From Nageia nagi (lineage: Eukaryota; Plantae; Pinophyta), in the NCBI GenBank assembly GCA_050084985.1, contig JBITNC010000001.1, positions 163,308,001 through 163,372,000 of the forward strand: a DNA stretch of 64,000 nt, read 5' to 3'. Each line of letters begins with the position of its first letter. Position 1 is the stretch's first letter. This document shows, piece by piece, positions 1 through 12,959 of the stretch. The position numbers and the translations under genes were made by a program. Below the pieces are notes generated by a model. It was not told the origin of the DNA and did no database searches. It was given only the letters and a program-made list of their open reading frames with translations.

Positions 1-96
1 AATTGGTAATGCATTCCCAACTATGTTGTTGGGCGGCTTGTAAGTCCTACACGCAATCTTCAGAGGGTCGCCGCGGGAAAGGAAAGCATCCCAACA
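1..96. mobile_element. Probable terminus of an LTR retrotransposon inserted into the left hAT element (rest outside window)
   Basis: On the minus strand the hAT-like reading (..YVSRSALGSQP, matching FFPTRSTPRSQP of the neighbouring hAT) switches abruptly to TGTTGGGATG, a typical LTR start; plus strand ends CCCAACA at 96. Confidence 0.45.
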
Positions 97-1019
97 GGTT
101 GGCTGCCAAGAGCTGAACGGGAGACATAATAATCACATGTTATTGCATCAAATGAAGCTACAAGAAACCCTTGCTGAACCCTAGGGCCAATGTTGCTGTG
201 AACTTCATCTGAATCTATGGGAAAAGGTGGAGGTGTTTCCATTTCTGTTTGAGTTGTTTTTATAATGACTTTTTTTTTCTTCTAATGCCTCCAAATAAGC
301 ATTCATCTCTCGTAGTTGCAGAGTCTAACATCTCGGCCAGGGATTCTAGCAAGCTGAAATTTCAGGCCCCCACGGACAACTAAACCATAATAGTTACATA
401 TTGTTTGCCCTTGTTTTGGATCTTGTGTGCAATGTTTCTAAACAGGGTCTCTTTAAAGTCTTTGTGAGCCTCTATGTGTGCCTATGGGTGTTGAAGAACT
501 CATGTTGACAGTTAAACAAATAAATAACCCTACAACTGTAAATAGAAACAACAAACCAAAAGCAACTGTTACAAAGATTTTAAAGAGAATAGCAGCAAAT
601 AGATTACAATTTATAAGCACAAAAAAAGAATACAAGTAGGAAAAAACAAGCAAAACAAAGTTACAAACATTGTATATTCTAAAAACAAGTAAAAAAGAAT
701 TCTAAACCTGGAGAATGAGTGAAAAATTTGTCAAAATGCACTTGCAATGAGAATTCCAGTTCTTGAAAACAAGTTAGCAGCAGCAAGAGTGAGTGAGAAG
801 TGAGGTAGAGATTTTCGTTTTTATCATTTTTCAGCATTCTGTTTTTGATATAATTGTGTAATTTCATGGACTTGACAATTTCTCAACAAGTAATTGCAGA
901 AAAATTGCCCATACGCGGCCTTAAAATACTCATTGAGTTGTTTGCGAGTTGCTTGCAAGACTTTGCTCGGCTTGCTACTCGGTGAGTTATGTGATTACTT
1001 GTTGAGTTTGATATCAATG
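97..1019 (-). mobile_element. 5' part of a degraded hAT DNA transposon (BED zinc-finger region plus terminal repeat)
   Basis: Minus translation from ~503: MSSSTPIGTHRGSQRL*RDPV*KHCTQDPKQGQTICNYYGLVVRGGLKFQLARIPGRDVRLC, a BED finger. Terminus GAGTTTGATATCAATG at 1004-1019 (rc CATTGATATCAAACTC) resembles the TIR of the 1418-5045 element. Confidence 0.7.
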
Positions 1020-1417
1020 GTGATATTGATGAGACCATCCTAAACACTCCGGGTAGATGTTCTCTCCTCGTAGCTCATCATTTTGATTCTTGCGTACTAT
1101 GGTGATTCATGTTTAGTAGATATTTTTTTCATAGTTCTTAATGATATGTTATGATAATTATTGTTCATGTGTATCAGTTAATTATGTATTTCATTTTCTT
1201 CGTATTTATTTTTATGATGTTTACTTACTAGGGGGGTGCTTGATCGTTATTAAGATTTTCTAATGTACCCCATGACACCCATGATAGGCGGAAACCCCTC
1301 TAAACATTTGAACCCCTTGCAGGACCTTTTCTAATCTTTTTTGCGAATTCATTTTTGCTTTGAATCCCTTTTTCACAACAGGTTAAAAATGCAAAATTCT
1401 AGGCTCATGGTATTCAC

Positions 1418-4400
1418 CAAAGTTGTCAAACTCAGACTTGGCGCAGACTCACCGAGACCCACTTGGATTCAGGATTCGGGAAGAAAATCGGTTGGACTCG
1501 GAAAAAATCAGCAAAATGAAAAAAATACATATATTTTCATTGAAAACATATTTTTTTCAACAATAACATCAACATTATACAATCTACAATATACACAATT
1601 ACAAATGGCGTATAGGAAGTGGCATATGTTTATATTTATCAAAATGTTAAAACTTAAAAGTTAAAACTTCAGTGTTCACAATACAAATTACAAAATGTGC
1701 CTACAAATCTATGATGGCTACAAAATAAAAAAGCTGCAGCGCACAATCTAATTAATAAATCTATCATGGCTGAAAACATCAATTCTTTGCTGTTCTTTTC
1801 TCCTTTGACCTAGCATAAGATACAAGCTCGTTTTGTGCCTGAGATATGGAATTGGATGCCACTTCCCCTTGTTGTGCCCTTTGCTCTTCTTACCCCCTTG
1901 CTGCCATCTCCTTTGCTAGATTTTCAAGATCATCAACAAGAATATTGGGAATATTAGGATCTTGTGTGTGTAACTCTATAGGCTGATCCTTATCATCTAA
2001 AAACTCATCTTCATCCCCTGAAGGCTGATCCTCTCCCTCTAAAGGCTGATCATCTACGATTCATTCATTGGATGGATCAATGGCATTAAGTTCAATGGCC
2101 TCGTAATCTATACCTGCAATGTTTGCATCAAGTTCAATATCAATTTCTTAAATTTGTTTTACAATTTAAAAGAGTTGTATACCTCATAATGTCCTCATAA
2201 TTTAGATTCTAGATTTTATACCTGCAATCTTTTTATGGATGAGGTGTAGATTGTAGTGAACAAACACAAGATCATTTAATTTTTCTTGTGTTAATCTTTT
2301 TCTCTTCTTGGAGTGAATGTTCTCAAACATATTCCAATTACGCTCACAACCATAAGCATTGCATGGCTGGGATAATATACGGATTGCAAAATTTGCAAGT
2401 TCGATGTAATTGACCCAAAATCCTCCCATCATAAATTTGAAAAATTCCAATAAAAATATATTTAAATTTTAGAAATTAATAAATCACAAGTTCATATGTA
2501 AAAAGTTGATACGAAGATTAAAAGTTTAAAACTTTAAAGTTTAATGTTTTAATTTTAAATTTAAATAACTTAAGTGGTAGCAATGTATCCATTGCTTTGG
2601 CACACTCAACAGAACTGAAAAGGATGCCATTGGCACTTTTATATGCTTGCATCTCATTCTGTATTGCTAAGCAAATGTTTGGATCAGCCACCAAACTGTG
2701 AAAAGCAATCTTCATTCTTGATTGTACCTGATAATCCCTACATACTTTTCCAAACCAAAATTTGGGATTAAGATAGTAAGCCGTTGCATGAAAAGGGCTA
2801 TGAAGTTGGTGATCCCAATGATGATCAATGATGTACCACAAGGGTGTGTATTTGGTCTTCTCCTTGCCATAATGTTTAGCAATTGCCTGTTTGGCCCTTT
2901 CCATGTCCTCAAACAAATAACCCATGGATGGTTTTTCTCCATCAGCAAGATGGAGAACTCTCACCAAAGGCTCTACTATTTGGAAAAAATAAACATTTAA
3001 ATTCAATATAAAGTTTCAAGTTTCAGCTTTAAAAATCTGAAGTTAAAGCTTAATTTTGCAAATTTTACCTTGATGGCCTCCTCCATGGCAATCCAAAGGG
3101 CTCCTCAAATATGATTTCGTAGACCCTCTTTCATTCGGCCATGGCTTTGAACTTAGCTCCTCTTTCGGTGCGCCACTGATCACCAACAAACATCTGCTTC
3201 AATGACCCCTAAATATCAAATGAAGTTAGTTAATTCGATCACAAATCAACAATTAAAAATAAATAAGAATGATCATGTTTATTTAATAATTATTAATCAT
3301 TAACCTATGCGTCGAAGAGACTTTGCAATGTAATAAAACTCGTGGCAAATCGTGTAACACCAGGTCGTGCTATCTCCCTACCACTAGTGTATTCCTTCAT
3401 AAGATGCAACACCCATGAATGATTGTAAATAAATTTGAGCACTTGCTTTGCCTTTTCTATAATCTCCATCACCAAAGTCAATTTGCCAATGTCCTCCAGC
3501 AGCAAATCAAGACAATGGGCTGCACATGGGGTCCATTTAAGTGTCTTGTATCTCTGCTTCAAAATCCTTCTTGCTCTCTTGTAGGCTGAAGCATTTTCTA
3601 TGATGATTTGGACAGCATTTTCAACCCCCACCTCATCCACTATGTTACCCAACAAAACTGCAAGGTGTACTCCTTTCTTCATATATCCAGATGCATCTAT
3701 AGATTTCAAGAACACAATGCCATCATGTGAAGCAACCAAGAAATTAATCAATGCCCTACCCCTACCATCTTCCCAACCATTTGACATTATCGTGCAACGT
3801 GATGTCCGCCAAGTCTCACAATGCTTATCAAACAACGTTTGAATGCCTTGCACAACCTCTTTAAGTAGAGGACCCCTCAAATCATGATATGAAGGCGGCT
3901 TAAATCCTGGTCCGCATGCTGCAATGGCCTCTACCATACTCTTCCAGTATGGAGGCCTAGCCGCATTGAATGAGATGTCTGAAAAAAACCAGAATGCAGC
4001 TATCACCTTCCTGGCTGCCCTATGTTTCTCATTCCATGTGGGCATACCATGCAATGTGGGTTGTGACCTTGGAGTGGAACGTGTAGGAAAAAAACCTCTA
4101 GGGTTTGCATATGTGCTACTTGTCGCTCCAATGGGGCTTTCCATAGCCTCTTCATGTTTCCTTTTCAGTTCCTTCTCCTATCAAAAATTAGTGACAGCTG
4201 CATTACACTCATTCATAACCTCAATGGAAACATTTGGGCATGGTCTAACTTCTTTCTTCAAAATCCTGGCTAACTGATGTTTGAGGCGGTTTATGCCTCT
4301 AGTCATGTCCATGCCACAAAAGATGCATATCAAGTTCCCTGCTCTTTTTCCTTCTTTTGCATATTTTCATGCAAAGTCTTTCTTCCCTTCAGGTATCATT

Positions 4401-5045
4401 TCTCTAGGGATAGTTTGTGGCTGATCAGACTCACTAGCCATTACCCTACAGCTGCACAGAAAAAAAATAGTAAAAAATTAGAAGCAAAAAAAAAACAGTA
4501 AAACCTAGCTTAAATGACAAGCTAAAAAACATAACAATAAACCCTAACTTAAATCATAAGAAAAAAAGATAAACCTTAGCTTAAATCACAAGCTAGAAAA
4601 AAAAAACAGTCAATCCTAGCAAGTAAAATGAAAAAAAAAAACTAGAAAAAGAAAGTAGATGAGAAATAAAATTACTTACTGCAAACTTTCAGCCAGTGGG
4701 TGTTAGATTCTTCCCAAAACCAAAAAAAAATCCTTCCAACTGAGAAAATTCATGTTTTCTAGTTGGAGAATGCTTGTTTCCCTCTTCCTTACCCTTCTCC
4801 CAACAACAACACAACAAAAAAGTGAAATTGTGAAGTGTTTTTTTTAATTTGATGTTGACTTTTTCATCTTGTTTGCCTAGGTGAGTCAGAGCGAGTTAGG
4901 AGGGTGAAAATTGTGAGTTTCCGGCCGACTCACGACTCGCCAAAACTTGTGAGTCATGCGAGTCTGAGAAGCTAGGAATTGTTTTGACTGACACAGACTC
5001 GGGACTCGCGAGTTTTGGTGAGTCTTGAAGAGTCTAATAACTTTG
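1418..5045 (-). mobile_element. Full-length hAT DNA transposon (3628 bp)
   Basis: TIRs CAAAGTTGTCAAACTC (1418-1433) and rc CAAAGTTATTAGACTC (5030-5045), 13/16 match. 8-bp TSD GTATTCAC (1410-1417)/GTATTCGC (5046-5053). Subterminal GACTC/GAGTC arrays. Internal transposase. Confidence 0.93.
1770..4441 (-). pseudogene. Intron-containing hAT transposase pseudogene (BED finger, DUF659-like catalytic region, hATC dimerisation domain)
   Basis: ATG at 4441, in frame with ORF 3305-4144 (CIFC..GINRLKHQLA; CTIMSNGWED; WTPCAAHCLDLLLEDIG; RPGVTRFAT). Further exons ~3070-3210, ~2575-2980 (PLVRVLHLADGEKPSMGY; HSPFHATAYYLNP), 2202-2450 (RILSQPC..CERNW..IHSKKRKRL) and a terminal piece. Several in-frame stops; 3' end approximate. 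Confidence 0.9.
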
Positions 5046-5153
5046 GTATTCGCCAAGAAGGGAGGTGTCTTCAAAAGTGGTAATATCTTTTTCTTTCTTG
5101 ACTTTAGAAATGTAGCCTTGGTTGTTGTCGCTACATCTTCAAAGGCGGTAAAC

Positions 5154-6271
5154 TGTAGACACCTAATTTTGATTTGCTATTTAATTAAAAATCATAATTT
5201 AGTTATCTAAAAGGAATTAATTTAATTTAGAGAATTTTAATAAATTATATCCTAATTTCAAGATAAAATGGCTAATGTGCTTCTCTTTTTGTTTCTTTTG
5301 CAAGGTATAAAAAGAGGTTCCAAGATCATTTGAAATCATCAATTCTCTTTACAATCTAATGCTCTAGTCGAAAAGACTCAAGATCTTCCTCTTTTCCAAG
5401 CTTTTGAACCTTCAAAAGATCATCATTGTGAAGCTAAGACATCAAGGAATTCATTGTTAATCACTGAGGCAAATTGGAGGGCATTTTTGGGCAAAATCGA
5501 TCAATTTTGCAGAAACAAAGAGAATGGACCGAAGGGTAAGGTCTTGAGCTGACTAGATAACCCCCAAAATTCATTGCAACTCAAAAATATCCTAAAAGAG
5601 GGCTGACCTTGGCCCTATTTTAGGCTACAAGACTGACCTTCGCCTTGGTTGTGGTAGATATCAACTTTTAAATGTTGTCCAGGTTGCTTGATTTAGTCTT
5701 CGGGCCTTCTAAATCCTTTGTTTCTTGGAAACAGGTATTTTCATTCATGTTTTAAGTTCATATTTCATTTCAATTTCAATTTTGGTTTCTAACAAACAAG
5801 GAGGATCTTGATCATCATTCAGGTTGATCCTAACCCTTGCGAAATCTAGGACATGCGTCAATCCCATGCATGTTCTAAGTTCATATTTCATTTCAATTTC
5901 AATTTTGGTTTCTAACAAACAAGGAGGATCTTGATCATCATTGAGGTTGATCTTAACCCTTGCGAAATCTAGAACATGCGTCAATCCCCCTGAAACCATT
6001 GGGTTTTCAGGTACATTTTAGAGAGGCCTTGGCAGCTCAATCCAAAGGGTTAGAACCTGTCAAGCAGGTGCACAAGTATCAATTTGTTTGTTTGAAGTTG
6101 ATATGCATGCTAGATCTAGGATTGTGATGCTTATTTGTTAGATGTTGCGTGCCCTAGTTTGTTGTAAATTGTCATATTGCACTCCTAAGACACATCATTT
6201 TAGTCATTTGTATTTACACAGCCTATAGATAAATATCTTATTAATGCTATAAATCATTTTATTTGTCTACA
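5154..6271 (+). mobile_element. LTR of an Ogre/Tat-like Ty3/gypsy element (3' LTR; upstream 3' region split by the hAT)
   Basis: Terminal inverted TGTAGAC...GTCTACA; preceded by purine-rich AAAGGCGGTAAAC (PPT-like); TATA-like GGTATAAAAAG at ~5305. Lineage assignment is from recalled terminus style only. Confidence 0.6.
5746..5988. repeat. 123-bp tandem duplication (2 copies) inside the LTR
   Basis: CATGTTTTAAGTTCATATTTC...TCAATCCC at 5746 repeats at 5869 with only a few substitutions. Confidence 0.95.
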
Positions 6272-6950
6272 CAACTATTAGAGTGAATTTCTCCTTGACA
6301 AATATTTTATGATGTTTCCCTATGTTAAGGGTTCATATTTAGTTTTATTCTCTCTTATGGATTATTCTATTGCATTTATTTGAAAATATTGCAGAATATT
6401 TTTGTTGTATCTATTATTATTGTTGGTTGGTCCATAATGATTGTTATTAGAATATTGAATTTGGCTACTCCAAGACGCAAAAACTAGCAATTAGTTTTCC
6501 CTTTCGGAGGGCCAGAATGTTCATAACTTGCACATCCTTGGGAATTTTTTAATGAAATTTGGACGGCTGATAGAGGATAAGCCAAGAAAATTTGCATTCC
6601 AAATTTGTAGAGAATTGGAGCTATGTTGGTCGAGGTATAGGAATTTGAAGTTTCATATTAAAATCTCTCGGGTGGAAAATAAGACATTTTGTAGTGACTC
6701 TTGACAAGAAGTTGTAATACAAGGGCAAGTAGTAGATCAAATTTCAGACTATTTTCTCCCAAGTTAAGGGTATTCTACCAAATTTTCTCCCTAGGCTACA
6801 AATCATCAAAGTCTTAGAGATTTTTGGCAACCAGGTAGAAAATAAGACAAATACCTTATAGTTTAATTTTCAGCTCATTCTGATCTATTCTGAAGAAGTT
6901 ACTGCATTTTCATGATTTATTTTTCCTTAGAAAAAGTTGGAAATTTTTCA

Positions 6951-7290
6951 GGCCATATCTTTTAGTGGAGGTATCACATTATAACACTTATTGGTTCATT
7001 TTGAAAAAACAATTGAGAGATTCAAATCAAGGGGTTATTCGCCACACTCTGAGCAATAATGAGCAAGTAATGATTTTTTGAAGTTGGAGCAATTTTCTTA
7101 TTGCAAATTTTTTTTACGAAAAATTTGAGTACTTTGTTAGGCCATATCTTTCAATGAGATCATCATAGTTTAGCAATATTTGATTCATTTTGAAGAGAGT
7201 TTAAGAGCTTTAAATGAAGGGGTGATTTGCTGCATTCTATGGAATATTGGAGGAGTTATTAGCTTGGAAATTTGGGCAGTTTTCTTGAAA
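6951..7290. repeat. Degenerate ~189-bp tandem module, probably the leader of an old retroelement
   Basis: GGCCATATCTTT...TTCATTTTGAA...AAGGGGT...TTTTCTT at 6951 and 7140. Confidence 0.6.
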
Positions 7291-8764
7291 CCCCAGTTTT
7301 CAGTGAAGCTTGCTTCTAAATCATAGTAGTTTTGGAAGAATTAACTATGGATTCAAAACCATTGGATTGTACCTCCTTTCGGTAAAAGTGATGGATATTT
7401 AGCTGCAGAATGGTTGTTTGCATTTAAATTGATGTATGATAATATTTGGATGTTAAGACATTTTTTTGCAAGGAGAATACCTGAAGTGGTGGAAAGAGCT
7501 TGTTAAAAATATCATAACTTCTTGGAATAGTCTCGAAAAAGGATTCTTAGCAAAATGGGAAGATAAGGAAGAGGAGTATGATGGTTGCAAATATAAGGAA
7601 GGAAATTAAGAAGAAAATGAAAAATAAGAAGATGAAGACAAAGAGGATAATGATAGAAAAGATAGAGAGAGATATATCTGCTCATTGCCCATGGTAATGG
7701 TACGAGAAGTGATAACTGCCTATTAAAAGGGTGCTGAATATTCAGAGTTTGGGGCATGTTGGAGGAGGATTGCTTCTGAATAAACCAACTGCAAGCCTTG
7801 TGATTGTTGAAGCCCTGTATGCTCTAAATAACTGCCTTCATGTGTTGTGGAAACCTCTCAGGAATTTGTGCCCACATTAACCAGTTTGGGAGGTAGTACC
7901 TCTGCTAGAATGGTAGCATATATAATTAATGAGAATAATTGCTGTTGCTTTTTCAAACGTTTATTTAGTGGGGCTGGTTCTTCTCTCTATTTATTACATT
8001 CCTGATTAGGGCTTTGAAATTTTATGACTGATATTGCTGCACATTATCAAACACTATTTCCATTTTCCAATCACTTTTGAAAACATTTTAAGCTGTGTTT
8101 TTAGATCAAAAATTTCTTTATTCATGGCATCCATGTCACTTTCATACTGATTCTTCCATATATTGTTCGGCCTCATTGGATAATTTGCAAGTTTGACAGC
8201 AGTGTCATGTAATTCAGCTTTCTTCACTTTTTTTAAAGATTAAAGTGTCGTGTAATTTGACTTTCATGTCATGTGTGTGTTGAGCTTTGAACATATCCTT
8301 TTGAACCATGCAGGACAAATCAATCATAAATGTTTACAATGTTTGTTAAATATGTCAGGAAGTTTGTTCCGAACACATGAAGTACATTCTATCTAATAGC
8401 TAGATGTGATGCACATGACAAGTACTATGTTTCGATTCTCTTTACAAATGTGAAGCATATGGTGACTTACGCTTGCAAATTATCTTATTATTTGAACAAA
8501 CACATGTATTGAAGAAGACAATCCTGTACGCATTCATAATCAAGTTTGTTGTTCCTCTTCATGTTATGCATATGTTGAGCCTTTCATTTACAACAATCAC
8601 AAAATTTCAATTAGGTATTCTGTTTTTGTAAGAAGATTATAGACACATACTGCTATATGTTAGGTCTCCTAATTCGTCCTTAATGGATCTATGTTACTCA
8701 GACATTCAGGTTGAACTATATTCCCACTGATTTCTTTAGTGTCTTTTTTGTTTTGTTTTAACAG

Positions 8765-8940
8765 ATAAGAGTTCATGCTCAATATCTTGGTTATCCCCTT
8801 CTTGGTGATGATTTATATGGAGGAACAACAGGTATGGCATTATCTCGACTGGGACCAAAAGTGGCTCCAAAATATCATGGCCATCTTTCTAAACTAGTAT
8901 CAAATCTCCAACGACCTTGTCTCCATGCCTTGTCTCTTGG
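8765..8940 (+). CDS. Penultimate coding exon of RNA pseudouridine synthase (RluD/RluA family; resembles plant 'RNA pseudouridine synthase 2, chloroplastic')
   Basis: Polypyrimidine tract plus ACAG acceptor at 8764, GTAAGT donor at 8941. Reads IRVHAQYLGYPLLGDDLYGGTTGMALSRLGPKVAPKYHGHLSKLVSNLQRPCLHALSLG, with the (HQ)IRxH..G.P..GD..YG and LHA..LG motifs. Confidence 0.92.
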
Positions 8941-9077
8941 GTAAGTCCAACAAGCGGAGCACTTTTGAGTCTTCATATGAGCTAACACTGATAACTGGTA
9001 GAAAGAGCCTATGCACAAGCTATTAATATTTTCAATGTTTGGTTAGTAAGTCATAGGACTTTCTTCTATGGTTGCAG

Positions 9078-9180
9078 ATTTGAACACCCCCAAACTGGAA
9101 AGGAAATGAAATTTTCATGTCCACCTCCACTTGATTTTATGGATGTGTTACACCAGCTTAGAAATATGGAGGCCAGATGA
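9078..9180 (+). CDS. Last coding exon of the same pseudouridine synthase
   Basis: TTGCAG acceptor at 9077; phase matches (GG|A = Gly). Reads FEHPQTGKEMKFSCPPPLDFMDVLHQLRNMEAR*, the typical RluD C-terminal F.HP.TG....F..P.P motif; TGA at 9178-9180. Confidence 0.92.
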
Positions 9181-9982
9181 TGACTCATTTACGTTTACAA
9201 ATCCATTCTTTATTGGTGATACAGTGCCACGGATTATAGAGGGACACTGTTCTGTTACCACATGATTAAAATATGCTTAATGCCTTAAATGTGGTGATGA
9301 GATGAAAAGATAAGAACAAAGATATATCAAGAGAGCTGCAGCATTGGTTTCAATGGAGTTTCCACATTGCAGGTGATCAACTTGATGTTTCGCGATGGGA
9401 AGTGATTTGAAAGCATCAATATTTCCACACAATTCCCAGATCTCATGTGAATAGTATCCTATATGACATTCTCGTGTTGCTTGTTAGCATGGAAATGCTT
9501 ATCCTTTTGTAAAGTATTCACATGATTTGAAATTTCAATGCAAACTACATACTGATGTCTTTGCTCAATTTTATGTATGTGTGGATGTAGCCTTGTAGAA
9601 TTTAGCAAATCAGAACCCAATCTGAACTGATCTTACTCTATTTGTTGTTGAAAAAGTTAAACTCTGTATTGTAGGATCTAGCAAATCATAACCCAAAAAT
9701 GTAAATCATAACCAGATAGTTCAAAAGAATAAGCTTCAATGTCATTATATTAGATAAGAAGGAATCTTTTGGTGACAAAAAAAATTAACTATTTGAATAT
9801 AAGGATATTTTTTTATAGAGAAACTTATAATAATAAAAAAAAAAGTGTTAAATGATGTTCGTCACATGAAGATATGATACAAAATACCTAAAAAATAAAC
9901 ATGTTTACCTTTTACTTACAACAATTACTTCCATATTATATATATTTTATCAATTGCAATAATAAGTGAAGAAAATATTCTA

Positions 9983-10053
9983 TCGAGAGTTTTACTTTCA
10001 ACAAAGAGATACTTGTTTCGAGAGTTTACTTTCAACAAAGAGATACTTGTTTC
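9983..10053. repeat. 35-bp tandem duplication
   Basis: TCGAGAGTTT(T)ACTTTCAACAAAGAGATACTTGTT occurs twice. Confidence 0.9.
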
Positions 10054-12959
10054 ATGTAGTTTTCAAACTCAATTATGCTAGAAGTTGGAAGATCATTTTA
10101 AATATAAATTTTTTTGAAGTTCTTGAAATGCAATATGGAAGAAATACCTTGTGTTATTATTCATATCCAAAAATATAGTACTTCAATATATATATTTATT
10201 AATGTTAGAAGCTACCAAAGGAGAATTAGGAATTTATTATTTTACATAACATCATTACTATTTAATATAGTTTAAACCATCGACAGTCATCTAAATTCAT
10301 GTCACTATATTTTTATTTAAAGCCACAAATTGCATTTTTTTTGGTAATTCATAATTATCCTTCAAAAATTGTGGTTTATAGGTGTCTTAAGCTTTTGTTA
10401 CCATTGGATTACATTTAATTTCTTTTGTTAACATTCTTCCCATTTGTAAAGTATGGTTGATGTAGTAAAACAAAATTCACAAAAAAGAATAAATTGCATA
10501 TTTTTGTATTTTGACAAAATTATTAAAAGTTTATCTAGTCTTCGTAGTAATCATCAGAAAATAGTCTTTAAAATCTTTTAGTTACCTTTTCCCAGCAAGC
10601 TTAGTCGTTTGTAGAGGTGGTTGTAAAAGAAAAATTGGTTGTCGATCTTGATGTCATTCCAATAATTGTTATGAAAATATTGGCTGCCATTTTTGAATCT
10701 ATTGTCATTGTTGAAGTAGATGCAAAGTCTAGCAAATGATGTCTTTTAATGCCCTTCAAATCCAATGTATTGTAGGATCTATCAAAATTTGTCCAAAAAT
10801 AAATGTATATCATTTATATACTTAAATGATCATTTTTATCAAAATTAAGATTCATAATAAAGTCACTAAGTTTTTTTATTTTTATTTTTTTATTATCTTG
10901 TTTTAATAATTCATGGACGAAGTTGTAATTACAAATATCCTTATAGGTTTTCTAATGTCTTTGTAAAATGGGTAGAGAAGGAGAAAATGAGTCATGCGTG
11001 GATTTTGATGCAACCTGTGTCCCGTGTTCCATTTCTAGTACGAGACATACATGTTATGTAATAGCCTACTGTAAGTTGTCTGTCCCATAGATCAGTTGGT
11101 CTCTAGTGGACGTTAATATAATTTCCCTTTTTTGTTTATGTTATTTAGGTTACAAAATATATAAATTCTTTTATCCCATGGTGTTTTAGGCATTGTCCAT
11201 CTACCTATTTCACTATGTTCCTCATGTGAATCGGTTGTTAATTTTGCAATCATAAGTTTCTTTAATCTTATATGGGTAAAATGGATGTTCAATTTTTGCG
11301 TGCTTAATTTTTTTTTATTTTTTTATAGTAGGCTAGCTTATTCTAATTTTTGTTACTATCATCACTCCAAAATTTTTCAATTACTTCATTTGCGATTTAT
11401 AATTATAATTTATTTAGATGGTAGGTGTTGATTCTAAAGTAAAAGGAGACCCAAGTTTTGAATGATTTGATGCTTGATAAAGAATATATGGGAGGACAAG
11501 ATTAATTGACTTTGAATAAGCTATGAAGAAGCTTGGTTTATTTTCCACCAAATGATCAATTTCATCTTTCACTTGGACAAACTGGCTTGGTCGATAGAAC
11601 ATAATATTGTGCATAGTAATGCTAGAAGACAAATAACTAAGTTCATTGATATCTAGTAAAATTTTCTTTAATTTCATAAGAATCAAGACGTAATTCAATA
11701 AAAGGATCTTATTTCACTATCTCAATATGCAACATTGAGAAACACCTATATCATAGGTGGTACTAGCTACGAAGATGAAATCTTGATAGCTTTCCCATGT
11801 AACATACTTACATTTATATAGACAAGAGAACCACCATAATGCATGCTTATAAGCCTAGGGTTGATGCTAGTGTACCTTGCATAATAATAGATAATATTAC
11901 ATGAGAAAGTGCTTAAGTGGGTGTGACATCCCCTTTAGATAATTGTAATTAATTATGGAATCCCACATATTCCCCCTTTTGTACAATTAATTACTTAATT
12001 GTGCTTTATTAGTTAGTAATTGGGATAGAAGACTTAATGGGTCATTGGACCCCACTGTGAGCCCCAAGTGGCACATCTCCCTCCCAAGCATAGATTACGA
12101 GTTTATTGTACTTGGATATCCTGATCATAATTGTGGGAATCACAAGGTCTATTTAGCACTTGGATGGATGAGCACTTATGTATGAGTTAGCCTTAGGGAG
12201 ACTTCTAGATCCCCACATTGGCCCATGATGACACCCAACCCTCATGCATGGCTCTTAGACCCATGTTAGGCATGTGTGTACTCCAGACCCCCACGTTGGC
12301 ATTTATGGCACTCAAGGCCCCCACATTGGCATGCTTGACCCCTAGGCACCTACGTTGGGCATTCTGGGCCCTTAAGAGTTTAACGTTGGAATTAAGGTGT
12401 TGGGTGATGACTCCTATTTGAGATCCAGATCCAATAAAATGTTATAAAAAGGCATTGGAGTGTCATAGCTGGATATACTTGATTATTATTATTATCTCTT
12501 GATACCGTCCTGTGGAGACAAGTCTTAGTGACGGTGCAACGTTTAAGAGGGTTATAAAGCTGAGCGATCTTATAGCCTACGACATTGGTGTAACACCCTT
12601 GCCCATTTGATGATATTCCAAGGTTGTGTTTCTACCTTCAGTGATTGTCAAGACAGAGGAGGGCTCCTTCAATGGAGAGGATTCAAGTTTCAAGGGAGCA
12701 ATATCGTCCCATGGTTCTATCATCCATCCAATAGTGAGAGACATCAATTGTGCCCTAGTTGGCTCCTTAGAGGTCAACGTCTAGCTTTGGGAGCTTTGTA
12801 TTTTATTGTTATTCATTATTTATCATATATATAGCCATTAGGCATTTAGATCTCATATTATGTTGTGCTTGTGTCCATTATTGCAATGTTATGGTATACT
12901 TATCCATTTATGCATGTATGAGCCAGATGTTGGCATTGTGAGAGATTGAACATTGATAT

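Noticed and set aside
3600-4501. Plus-strand ORFs 3600-3842, 3924-4277, 4277-4501 as exons of the host gene
   Set aside because: Antisense shadows of the hAT transposase with no pseudouridine-synthase motifs.
5745-5999. 84-aa ORF with a 41-aa repeat
   Set aside because: By-product of the 123-bp DNA duplication within an LTR.
11414-11698. 94-aa minus ORF with VKDEIDHLVE (RT N-terminus-like)
   Set aside because: Only a weak motif, with no supporting downstream RT motifs.
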